This document shows positions 42,698 through 51,549 of a stretch of 64,000 bases of DNA, one piece after another; position 1 is the first letter of the stretch, and the number at the start of each line of letters is the position of its first letter. The stretch is from positions 7,526 through 71,525 of the IMG/VR virus record IMGVR_UViG_3300037043_000091. One strand, given 5' to 3'. The notes under the pieces were generated by a model that ran no database searches, was not told where the DNA came from, and saw only the letters and a list, made by a program, of their open reading frames with translations. Source of the DNA: a virus (lineage: Duplodnaviria > Caudoviricetes). The translations under genes and the position numbers were made by a program.

Positions 42698-43941
42698 GTC
42701 AATGCCCCCAATTCCAAGATTGAACTCAGAGCGGGGTCACCCCCGTTGCGCTGTTGACCGGACATGGTGATGATGATCTGCGGGATACCTTCCTTTACCC
42801 GGAAAAGCCCTCCCCCTTTTTCCCGGACTGACATCCGTAGCCGGCTCTCGGTAAGGTGGACCAGGTGGCCGGTCTGAGTCCCCACAACAACCCCGTGGGG
42901 GCCAACCCAGACCGGAGAAGGGACTTGGGAGAGGCGCCGGCTCATTTCGTAGCCTCCGCCGACTACGGCGCCGGGCATTTCGGCTATCACCAAAGTCCCC
43001 TGGACGGCCCCGTCCCCGATGTCCTTCAGGACCATCTTGGCAGGCTCCGTGCCATCAAGAAACCAGGTGTGGGACTTGGAATTGACGAACAGGCCGTCCT
43101 TGACCGCGGCCACCATGAAGACTTCTTCCGGGAAGGGCTTAAAATTCTGGGACCGGAACCAGCCATATTGAAAGGGGTCGCTGTAAATCAGGTTTTTGCC
43201 CTTGCAGGCCCAAATGCGTCCAAAAGCCTGAACAAAGTGGCTAATCCCGCTTGGCGGCTTAACGTCGAAAGTCGGTAGCCAGGTGATCTTGGGGGCCAGG
43301 CCCGTCACCATCCCGGAGGCCACGGTGGCCAGGCAGAGGTCTTTTCCGTTGGGGTGCGTGATCCAGCATTGGGCGTCGGTTGCCATGCCCGATAACTGAA
43401 TCCCCTGGGTTCCGCCTTCCCAGGAAACGGTAGTCAGGGGTCCGTTGCCACTTAGCTGGACCCCATCAGACCGCGTATAACAGAGAGAGTAAGTCCCTGG
43501 GGGCATATCACCGGCTACTATGGCGGCGACCGGAGCCGGCGGGAGGGATAGCCCCCAGGGGCTTAACGCGCCTCCCAGGATGTCGTAGGTGTACGCCCAG
43601 GTGGGCGTGGCCATGTAGATCAGATCGTCGAGTTCGCCGTAGCACACGGGGGCTTTAGGGCCTGACACGGCCCCAAGGGACACCGCCGCATCGCCATCAA
43701 TCCGGTAGAGGATTCCGTTTGCAACCACCAGCATGATGCTTCCAGACCAGAGAGAGTGCGCCCCTGGCAGAGAGATTTTGAGGACGTATCCTTCTCTCTG
43801 GACAAGTTTTCCTCCATCCGTCACCTCCACGTTCAAGGCGATCTTGGGCGTAATCCGCTTGGCGTCGTCCAAAAGGATGCCCGGGGCCTGCGGCAAATTG
43901 TTCATCCCCCTGAAACCAATGGCCCTGATGGGTTTAGGCAT
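42694..43941 (-). CDS. tail nozzle / stabilisation protein
   Basis: GF.GMNN..ALNV..G.L..R.G; position after adaptor. Confidence 0.7.
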   Translation of the reverse strand: MPKPIRAIGFRGMNNLPQAPGILLDDAKRITPKIALNVEVTDGGKLVQREGYVLKISLPGAHSLWSGSIMLVVANGILYRIDGDAAVSLGAVSGPKAPVCYGELDDLIYMATPTWAYTYDILGGALSPWGLSLPPAPVAAIVAGDMPPGTYSLCYTRSDGVQLSGNGPLTTVSWEGGTQGIQLSGMATDAQCWITHPNGKDLCLATVASGMVTGLAPKITWLPTFDVKPPSGISHFVQAFGRIWACKGKNLIYSDPFQYGWFRSQNFKPFPEEVFMVAAVKDGLFVNSKSHTWFLDGTEPAKMVLKDIGDGAVQGTLVIAEMPGAVVGGGYEMSRRLSQVPSPVWVGPHGVVVGTQTGHLVHLTESRLRMSVREKGGGLFRVKEGIPQIIITMSGQQRNGGDPALSSILELGALT

Positions 43942-44617
43942 ACCTGGCTCCTACCGGGTCACGGCCTCCGTGGCGACGTGATCCGCCCTGAATCTTGTTC
44001 AGGTATTGAACGAGGCCTGGGCCTTCCGTGGGGCTCCCCCGCAAGCCGGCGACCAGCCTTCCCTGCCAATACTGGAGCCCCTTGGGGTCAAAGTTCTCCA
44101 CCTGGTCCTGAAGGTGTTCATAGGCCTTAACGGCGACCTTGGGGATTATCACCCGGGCGTGGTAAGGCTCGGGGATGCAGGTGGGAACGTCCGTGGCCCT
44201 GGTGAGCGTCGTGGGCTTCTTGTAGTACCAGAGCCGGATCGTTTCGTCGGCCATGGGATAGGTAGCAAGCTGGGTTCCCGATACCGCCACATGGGTCACA
44301 TGGTCGGCGGTTTCATCGTGGTCAATGTCCAGCCCGTCCAGGGCCTCTATGGTCCTGACGACCTTGATCTCGTTGTAGTCTTCGTCGGCAGCCCGAAACA
44401 GTTTCTTCTGGAAATCTGCCGGCAAGGCGAAAAACCAGGTGTCGGTGGTGACAGGGAAGTCTGTGGGGGAAATGGTTTTGAGGTCCGGCAGTTCAAAGGC
44501 GGCTGCCAGTTCGAGAACGGCAAGGTTTATCCAGGAGGCGTAGTAAGACTGTAAACTCCGGTCTTGGACCTGTAAGGCCAGAGCCTTTTCCAGTTCACCC
44601 AAATTCATCGCCGTCAC
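43934..44617 (-). CDS. head-tail adaptor (tubular protein A-like)
   Basis: WIN.A..LP.DF..YP..YY.KP.L..D.P..IPE..H. Confidence 0.75.
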   Translation of the reverse strand: MTAMNLGELEKALALQVQDRSLQSYYASWINLAVLELAAAFELPDLKTISPTDFPVTTDTWFFALPADFQKKLFRAADEDYNEIKVVRTIEALDGLDIDHDETADHVTHVAVSGTQLATYPMADETIRLWYYKKPTTLTRATDVPTCIPEPYHARVIIPKVAVKAYEHLQDQVENFDPKGLQYWQGRLVAGLRGSPTEGPGLVQYLNKIQGGSRRHGGRDPVGARYA

Positions 44618-44628
44618 CCCTTAAAGGT

Positions 44629-44865
44629 TTATGCTTCCTGCTTCGGAACACAGACCTCATCGTTGGCCCTTCTGATAAACGAATTGCGGCCCAGATCGGC
44701 ACCGCACCTCGGACAGGTGTTCGTCATTTCTACCGGCTCGTTCACCAGCCGGACCCGCCAGGCTGGGTCGAAAGCAACCAAGCACCCGGGGGTGCGGCAA
44801 ATTCTGATTTTGCCTTCCCCCGGGTCGGATGGTGATGTTCCGATGATGACGTCAGTTTCGCCCAT
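44629..44865 (-). CDS. small zinc-finger protein
   Basis: CRTPGC and CPRCG. Confidence 0.6.
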   Translation of the reverse strand: MGETDVIIGTSPSDPGEGKIRICRTPGCLVAFDPAWRVRLVNEPVEMTNTCPRCGADLGRNSFIRRANDEVCVPKQEA

Positions 44866-44868
44866 CGT

Positions 44869-45447
44869 TTACCCCACGGCGGCGGCCGGTTGCTCCGGTG
44901 CGGCTTTGGTGGTGGTTTTTGGGGCAGACTTCTTCGACTTGCTCTTGCTCTTGCTCCTGGCCGCGGCCTTGGGTGCGGAGGGTTTGTCTGGCTCTGCCCC
45001 CTTGGGCGCCGGCCTCGACTGCGGTGCAGCGGCTCCGGTTGCCTGGCGCTGACGGTAATTGTGCAGCCCGATGATTGCAGCCGACAGGACCGGGCCCGGG
45101 GAGAAGAAGTTGTAGAGGTCGGCTTCTTCCGGGATCGTCCCGTCAGCAAAGACCGGGGTGTTGTCAGCCCGGAACCCAATGGGCCGGGGCGGGTTTTCTT
45201 CCTGTTCGTGGCGGTGACGGAACCATTCCAGGGCTTCCTCCAGGTCCTCCTGATTGGGACCGAAGGCCGCCACCAGTTGGGACTCATCCTGGACCGGCAA
45301 CCCGTTGATATGCTGGTATGCGCCGTTGGGGGTCTTTACGATGTGAAAGCCCCCGTCCATCCAGGAGGTCGTATCCACCTTCACAATGCCATGATCCCGG
45401 GTGTAGATTTCCTGCCCGGCTTCTTCTTGAACCACAGGTATAGCCAT
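44869..45447 (-). CDS. hypothetical protein with K/S/A/P-rich tail
   Basis: AGGGA RBS; low-complexity C-terminus. Confidence 0.65.
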   Translation of the reverse strand: MAIPVVQEEAGQEIYTRDHGIVKVDTTSWMDGGFHIVKTPNGAYQHINGLPVQDESQLVAAFGPNQEDLEEALEWFRHRHEQEENPPRPIGFRADNTPVFADGTIPEEADLYNFFSPGPVLSAAIIGLHNYRQRQATGAAAPQSRPAPKGAEPDKPSAPKAAARSKSKSKSKKSAPKTTTKAAPEQPAAAVG

Positions 45448-45459
45448 AGCTGTTTCCCT

Positions 45460-46740
45460 TTAATCGGATTCGGCGGACCAGATTGAGTCTGGACCGGTCT
45501 TAACTCTGTCGGCCCCGAAGTATTCATAGACGGCCCGTTTCACCCCGGGGTATAGGGGGTCGTTGAAGTCATGGCCGCAAATCAGCTTCTTGGTCCGGGG
45601 AGCCCAAGCCTTGATGTCGGCCAGGCAAGCCTCATAGGAGTGGTCGCCGTCGATGAATACCATGTCCACTTCGGGAGGAACCACGTCCCCAGCCGCGGCT
45701 TCAAGGCTGGTTTTCTTGATAACGGTGAGGTGGGGGAAATGCCCCACGTTCTTCAGGAACTCAGGCATGAAGTCGTCGCCGTCCTTCAGGCCCAGGTTGG
45801 GGCTGACGTAGTTCTTCCAGTCGCCGGAGAAGACGAAGGGATCGACGGCGTAGACCTTCCCCTTGTCGCCGTTGCATCCCGAACAGAGAGCATAGGTGCT
45901 GCGGCCCAGGAAGTTGCCGATGCCCACCACGGACCCCATTGCTTTAGACTTCTCGTAGAGCCATTCCAGTTCCGGCCGGCTCATCCAGCCCTTGATTCTC
46001 TCGGCCTTGTCCACGGGAGTTTCCGGGAAGTCGTACCCCATGATCTCCACAAGTTTCCAGGCCCGGAGAACCTTCCTCAGTTCGATCACCTTTTGGGCAG
46101 TCGGGAAAAGGTAGTGGTGATAGAAAAACCCGCCGCCTTCCTTGAACCCGGCAGCCTCGAAAATTTCCTTCATCAACTTGAACTTGAGCCCGTACTTGGC
46201 GATGTTCCGGGACAAGATGTAGTCGTCCACCAGATGATCCGGGGTAATGAGCCCGGTCAACCGCTCGGGAACCGTGGGAAAGATGTTGCCCACGGCCTCT
46301 TTCGGGGTCAAGTCGGTAGGCGGCTTCCACAAGTCGATGCAGAGGTTGCTGGCGACAGCCAGCCAGTTACCCGAGCCGATGTTGCGCCCGTCCCTCTGGA
46401 AATAGCGGTCGGTTCTCCACCTCACCAGGGAGAAGTCCTTCCCAAAATGCGCCACGGTGTCCTTTGGAAGAAGCTGGGTCATATCCGGACAGTCCGGGTG
46501 GATCAAGGTATCGGAGTCGATATAGATGTTCCAATCGTTCTCCATCTGTTGGCCCAACTCATAAATCTGTAGTTTCTCAAAGGTGATCGGCCATTCAGGG
46601 AATTTCCTCTCCCGGATGATGTGAAAATCGGCCCCAATCTTGTGGGCATACGCCTCGATAAGCGGATAAGTGAGTTCCGTGATCTCGGGCGCATACCCAT
46701 TCAGATTGAGAGTAAAGACCGTTTTTTTGTCGGTACGCAT
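45460..46740 (-). CDS. fusion of GT-A-like glycosyltransferase and class I SAM methyltransferase (Methyltransf_24-like)
   Basis: YA.KIGADF..EKL.I..YIDSDTLI (DxD); GWMS..EL.WL..G.S..VDMVFIDGDHSYE..D..W..GHDF..PGV. Confidence 0.85.
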   Translation of the reverse strand: MRTDKKTVFTLNLNGYAPEITELTYPLIEAYAHKIGADFHIIRERKFPEWPITFEKLQIYELGQQMENDWNIYIDSDTLIHPDCPDMTQLLPKDTVAHFGKDFSLVRWRTDRYFQRDGRNIGSGNWLAVASNLCIDLWKPPTDLTPKEAVGNIFPTVPERLTGLITPDHLVDDYILSRNIAKYGLKFKLMKEIFEAAGFKEGGGFFYHHYLFPTAQKVIELRKVLRAWKLVEIMGYDFPETPVDKAERIKGWMSRPELEWLYEKSKAMGSVVGIGNFLGRSTYALCSGCNGDKGKVYAVDPFVFSGDWKNYVSPNLGLKDGDDFMPEFLKNVGHFPHLTVIKKTSLEAAAGDVVPPEVDMVFIDGDHSYEACLADIKAWAPRTKKLICGHDFNDPLYPGVKRAVYEYFGADRVKTGPDSIWSAESD

Positions 46741-46743
46741 AAA

Positions 46744-47484
46744 TTAGCGTCCTACCATTTCCATGTAGAGGGTGGTGGCCGCCGGGGCGACCGTGTTATC
46801 CATTTCAGCCAAAGCCGCTTCAGCCACGGCGCCGCCGCCGGTGACGGTGTGCGTCAGGTTCGCCAGGTTCGACGGAGCGTCGCCCGTGAAAACCGGAGCG
46901 TTATGCGTCAGGTTGGCGATGTTGGCCGGGGCCGGCACGGCTGCTTCCTGAACGCCGCCTTTGGTGGCAGCGTCTGCGCCAAGGATGGTGACGTTGGCCG
47001 CCTGGTTGGCCACCAGGGCGGTGTTGGCGCCGTTGACCCCGACGGTCAGGGTTTCGTCACCCTGGCTGTTGGCAGCGATCATGAGATCGTGGGTGTGGTT
47101 CGCCGGGGCCGGGACAGCGATGTCCACATGGTTTGCCGGGGCCGCCACGTTACCCGTGGGGGTCGGCAGGGTGATGTTGGCATGGTTGGCCACGGTGATG
47201 GCATCCCGGGCAGCGCCCAGGAAAATCCGTAGCTTGTGGTTGGCCCGGTCAAAGGAGTAGATATAGCCATTGCCGGGCTGTTCGATGTACGCCCGTTTAA
47301 TGGCGAAGTGAAAACCGAATTTCCCAATGGCCGGCATGGGGATTCCCAGGTTGGAATATGTCAGAACCCCGTTCCCAAACTGCACCGTGGGGAAGGTTCT
47401 GATCCCAATGCGTCCGTCCGGGGAGCGGTCAATGTCCTCGGGGTTCAAAGTTACGGTCACGTGAGCAGCGGTGATTGCAGCCAT
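46744..47484 (-). CDS. head decoration-like protein with Asn/Ala/Thr repeat insertion
   Basis: Downstream of capsid genes; PANH and ANLTH repeats. Confidence 0.7.
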   Translation of the reverse strand: MAAITAAHVTVTLNPEDIDRSPDGRIGIRTFPTVQFGNGVLTYSNLGIPMPAIGKFGFHFAIKRAYIEQPGNGYIYSFDRANHKLRIFLGAARDAITVANHANITLPTPTGNVAAPANHVDIAVPAPANHTHDLMIAANSQGDETLTVGVNGANTALVANQAANVTILGADAATKGGVQEAAVPAPANIANLTHNAPVFTGDAPSNLANLTHTVTGGGAVAEAALAEMDNTVAPAATTLYMEMVGR

Positions 47485-47541
47485 AGTTCTTCTCCTTGAT
47501 GTTGGAGGCCGGGCGGCTAACCCGGCCCCTTCCCTTTAGAA

Positions 47542-48303
47542 TTAGGTTGCCTCTACCCACAGGGGCTGACCAGCAAGATTCTCGGCGCGGTTCTGCACGA
47601 TGATGATGGGCTGGTATGCACCGGTTTCGTGCACGTCGCCATTGACCATCGTGGTGACGACCATGGACAGGACCTCGCCGGCCTTGAAGCCATTCGGGGG
47701 CGCTGCCGACGGGGAAGTGTCCCCGAGGGTGATGGGAACCCGCTTCATCATCAGATACCCAGCCGCAAGCGACCAGATGGTGGTCAGCGGGGTAACGCCG
47801 TCGGTGTCTTTGGCTGCCAGGCCGATGGTGTCCAGGGCCAGCTTGTCGTCGATGGTGCAAGTGAAGGCGTTGTCGCCAGCACCATTCAGAGCCACCGTCG
47901 CCAAACTCGCCGCTGCGCTGTAATTCACACCGCGGTTCACGATCTCCACCGTGGCCACAACACCGCCAGCGGTGACGGTCGCAACCCGGACGATCCCGCC
48001 GGATGCGCCGGTCTGGGTCAGACTCAAAAGATCGCCCACAGCATACCCGGTGCCGCCGGCGCCACCAACAACCGCCGTCTGGACGCATTTGGTGTGGCGG
48101 TACAGGGTAAGGACGCCGGGGGTCACGACATCGTGGACATCGAAAGCCGTGGTTACCCGGTAGCCCCAATAAAGCACCGATCCCGGCAATTCCATGGTTC
48201 TGGACAATGCCACGGTTGTCGCCGCCGCATTGATGTTGACGGCAGCGGCCAGGGAAGCATCCCCGATTGCCGCATTAAGTGCGTGAAGTTCTTCTCCATA
48301 CAT
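47542..48303 (-). CDS. capsid cement/decoration protein (paralogue 2)
   Basis: MYGEEL..N.A..DA.L shared with 48324..49040. Confidence 0.75.
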   Translation of the reverse strand: MYGEELHALNAAIGDASLAAAVNINAAATTVALSRTMELPGSVLYWGYRVTTAFDVHDVVTPGVLTLYRHTKCVQTAVVGGAGGTGYAVGDLLSLTQTGASGGIVRVATVTAGGVVATVEIVNRGVNYSAAASLATVALNGAGDNAFTCTIDDKLALDTIGLAAKDTDGVTPLTTIWSLAAGYLMMKRVPITLGDTSPSAAPPNGFKAGEVLSMVVTTMVNGDVHETGAYQPIIIVQNRAENLAGQPLWVEAT

Positions 48304-48323
48304 GGTTTATCCCTCCAGGCCGG

Positions 48324-49040
48324 TTAAGTGGCCTCAACCCAGAGTCCCTGGGCTGCAAAGTTCTCGCCCCGGTTCTGAGTAATTAAGATCGGGAAAAAGT
48401 CCCCGGCAATCCCGACCCCGCCCGTCGCTGCGGTGGAGATCAGAATTTCCACTTCCTCCCCGGCGGCATAACTCGCAGGGGGCGGGGGAGTGGGGGAAAT
48501 GTCGGCATCCAGAAGGTTCGGACACCGCTTCATATACTGGTATCCGGCGATGGCACCATCCGGCAGAAGCATGGTATCCAAAACCACGAGGTCGCTGACG
48601 GTCACGGTCAGGTTGTTGTCGCCGGCGCCGGTTTGGGCTACCGTCGCCCGGGTCCCGGCAGCATAGTAGACGCCCGGATTGAGGATTTTTACCGCCGTGA
48701 CGACCCCGGCAGGGGCCGCAGTCACTTCAAGGAGGCCCAGGCCGTTGGAAGCGGCGTCTGTGACCAGAACCTTGTCGCCTACGGCATACCCGGCTCCGCC
48801 GACAGCTACCACCGCGGACTTGATGACCTTAGATTTCCGCTGCAGGGTCAAAACCCCCTGGGCGGTCAGGGTGGCATAGTCAAAGGTCACGGAAACCCGG
48901 AAGCCCCAATAAACAATGCCCCCGGGACGCTCCATGGTCTTGGCCAGCTTAACGCCGGTGACTGCCTCCAGGGCTATTTCGGCAGCCAGGGCCGCATCTG
49001 CAACGGCAGAGTTGATGATGAAAAGTTCTTCGCCATACAT
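48324..49040 (-). CDS. capsid cement/decoration protein (paralogue 1)
   Basis: Directly after MCP; shared N-terminus and QNR.EN.A.Q.LWVEAT C-terminus. Confidence 0.75.
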   Translation of the reverse strand: MYGEELFIINSAVADAALAAEIALEAVTGVKLAKTMERPGGIVYWGFRVSVTFDYATLTAQGVLTLQRKSKVIKSAVVAVGGAGYAVGDKVLVTDAASNGLGLLEVTAAPAGVVTAVKILNPGVYYAAGTRATVAQTGAGDNNLTVTVSDLVVLDTMLLPDGAIAGYQYMKRCPNLLDADISPTPPPPASYAAGEEVEILISTAATGGVGIAGDFFPILITQNRGENFAAQGLWVEAT

Positions 49041-49077
49041 AAAAGCACCTCCCTCCAGGGGGAATCCCCCTATCCGG

Positions 49078-50061
49078 TTACAGGCTGATGAGTTTTACCA
49101 TCTTGGCCTTCCCGTCCGACGCGCTATCCCAGACCGGACCGAAGGCATAGATGCCCCACCAGGCCATCGCCATCATGGTGGCGAACCGGCCGCCGAAGTT
49201 CGGATTCAGGCGGAGGTGCGGGGTCACGGCCTCGATCCGGGCGACGGCCTCGTCACCGAAGATCACGGCTTCACCGAAGACCGTGGAGGTGCCGGACAGG
49301 TTGGCAAAAGCCATGGCCCGGTTGATCTCCACGAACTTGATCTTGTTGACTTCGCACATTTCGCCCTTATAGAGCATCCCGCCTTCACGCATGTGCTGCT
49401 GCCACTTGATGACATTGGAATCCAGGAGCAGATTCTCAATGTTCGTGTTGCAGGACAGGCAGACGTAATGCTCCCCGCCGCCTTTGGACCCCTTATAGAA
49501 GGGGGCGTGGATGGTATCACGCATATAGGCGGAGATTTTCTTGACGTGATCGGCGGTCAAGGCGGCCGTGGCGACGGCGCCGGCCGCACCGGTGACGCTC
49601 CAGACACCGCCGGTCACGCTGGTGGGGCTGAAGCAGATTTTAACGTCCGAGGACATGAACCCGTCCCGGGCCGCTTCGGTGTCCAGGGACCGCTCCAGGG
49701 ACGAGGCCAACTCCTTCCGCATGATGGGGTCGGGCTTGAACTTGGAGAGTTCCTGCAGCTTGGCGGAGAACTGGAGGCCTTCGCCATGCTCGGTCAGGGT
49801 CAGGGACCGCTTCCCGAAGCTGAGCATCCGCATCGGAATCTGGCCTTCTTCCTGGAGCGACGCGTTCTGGGCGTCGGGCAGGCGGTTGACGTGGAACAGG
49901 TTCACGGTTTCACCGGCGTTCTTTTTGAAGCCGAAGCCGTGATCGTGGGTGTATTGGACGACCTTACATTCGCCCAGGGCTACTTCGAGAATCTGGTCGG
50001 AAATCTGGTGGTTTGCCAGGATTCCCGCACCGATGTCTGTCCAAAGGTGAGCATCAGCCAT
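49078..50061 (-). CDS. major capsid protein (N4-gp56/P22-like HK97 fold)
   Basis: G.TV..L.EG..L.EHG..S.KL..L..D..A..GE..EVN..KFVE; follows scaffold. Confidence 0.88.
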   Translation of the reverse strand: MADAHLWTDIGAGILANHQISDQILEVALGECKVVQYTHDHGFGFKKNAGETVNLFHVNRLPDAQNASLQEEGQIPMRMLSFGKRSLTLTEHGEGLQFSAKLQELSKFKPDPIMRKELASSLERSLDTEAARDGFMSSDVKICFSPTSVTGGVWSVTGAAGAVATAALTADHVKKISAYMRDTIHAPFYKGSKGGGEHYVCLSCNTNIENLLLDSNVIKWQQHMREGGMLYKGEMCEVNKIKFVEINRAMAFANLSGTSTVFGEAVIFGDEAVARIEAVTPHLRLNPNFGGRFATMMAMAWWGIYAFGPVWDSASDGKAKMVKLISL

Positions 50062-50081
50062 GGTGACTTCTCCCTATAAGA

Positions 50082-51122
50082 CTATTGGCCCAATATCTCT
50101 TGCATTGAGCGCTGTCTTGGTTTTTCAGGCGCCACCTGGCGAGTTATGCCCCGCTCCAGGATGGCGTTCTGTCTTTGTCGTTTAAGTGCGGCGGCTTTCT
50201 CCGCCTCAGTCAGTTCGATTTTTTTGCCAAGAACTTGCCGGACCCCGGTGGCTGCCCACTTGACTTGTTCTGCGAAAGGTTTCTCTCGGTATTCATGTTC
50301 GGGGTTCGTGGCCAGTTCATCCACATGACTGTAAAAGAGGCGATAATCAGCCGACCCGGGGGTCATGTCCAGACCCATAGTTGCGGCCAACTTCTCGGCG
50401 TCGGTGCGGACTTGCATCCGATCCGCTTCCTCTCTTTCAGCAGCCGTGCGAGTATCCTCAACTACCTTTTCCCTCTTGAGTTCTTCCCTGGCCAGCTTGG
50501 CAGCTTCCTTGGCAACCTCATGAGGGTCTAAGGAAGTTGAGGCCCAGGCTTCCGCCACCTGATCGTCGTAATCGGGCGGGTAGACGGTGTTGCCTTCTTC
50601 ATCCGTAGTGAGCGGAATGGCCTGGATTTTCTTCAGGGCATCGGCGTAAGCGGCCTTTCTTTCCGGCTTGACCGCGGCCCGGGCCTCCGCCTCTCTGGCG
50701 GCGGCCTCTTTTTCCCGGTACTCCGCTAATTCGGCTTCGGCTGCTTCCCTGGCCTTCCGTGCCTCTGCGGTTTCCCCAAGGGCTTCGTGCATCTTCCTTG
50801 CGGCTTCATTGGCGGCCCTTTCGGCTTCCTCAATGGACGCGTACTTGGGTTTCGGCGGCTCCAGGGCGGCCTTGGCTTCAGCTTCGGCGGCTTCACGGGC
50901 CTGACGTTCCTCTGGGGTTTCGTTTTCGGCGGCTGCCGCGGCTGCGGCTTCTTCTGCAGCTACGCGATCCGCTTCTTCCTGGGCAAGCCGGGCTGCCTCA
51001 ATTTCTTCTTCAGTTTGAGGTGCGTCGTCGGCGTGGGCCAGCTTATAGGCCATTGACCCGGGATGATCTACCCCTAACGGTTCTTCGTGTTCCAACCCTT
51101 CCATTTCTTCTGGTTCTGGCAT
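50082..51122 (-). CDS. capsid scaffolding protein
   Basis: E/A/K-rich coiled coil between portal region and MCP. Confidence 0.8.
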   Translation of the reverse strand: MPEPEEMEGLEHEEPLGVDHPGSMAYKLAHADDAPQTEEEIEAARLAQEEADRVAAEEAAAAAAAENETPEERQAREAAEAEAKAALEPPKPKYASIEEAERAANEAARKMHEALGETAEARKAREAAEAELAEYREKEAAAREAEARAAVKPERKAAYADALKKIQAIPLTTDEEGNTVYPPDYDDQVAEAWASTSLDPHEVAKEAAKLAREELKREKVVEDTRTAAEREEADRMQVRTDAEKLAATMGLDMTPGSADYRLFYSHVDELATNPEHEYREKPFAEQVKWAATGVRQVLGKKIELTEAEKAAALKRQRQNAILERGITRQVAPEKPRQRSMQEILGQ

Positions 51123-51162
51123 TTCCTACTCCTACCGGAAGTATCCTTGCGGGTTCCGGTGT

Positions 51163-51549
51163 TTATTCCTCAGTCGGTATCCCTGGCGGGGCGACCTTGG
51201 TTTCATCCGTTAAGCTGTTCAAAACGATCCCAAACGATTGCCGCCGGATTTTCTGGGCAACCGCGGGGGCAAGGCTCAACTTCATGTTGTAGGCGGCAGC
51301 CTGCTTGAGGATGCCGACGCAAAACCCGTCTTGGTTCATGAGTTCCACAAGGCGCTGCTCCAGCAACCCTGCCATGATGGGGAGGACGGCAGGCAAGTCC
51401 TGACCCAAAGCGCTTGCCTCCGCAACAGCCTTTTGTTCCCTCAGGTCGAGTTCTTGCTGACGTTCCTCCTGGGTCTTCCTTTGGCGGGGCCGACCCGTAA
51501 CGATGTCCAGGTCGATTCCGCTTACGCCCATGGGGCCGTGACGACTCAT
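51163..51549 (-). CDS. hypothetical protein
   Basis: ATGA overlap with portal stop. Confidence 0.65.
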   Translation of the reverse strand: MSRHGPMGVSGIDLDIVTGRPRQRKTQEERQQELDLREQKAVAEASALGQDLPAVLPIMAGLLEQRLVELMNQDGFCVGILKQAAAYNMKLSLAPAVAQKIRRQSFGIVLNSLTDETKVAPPGIPTEE

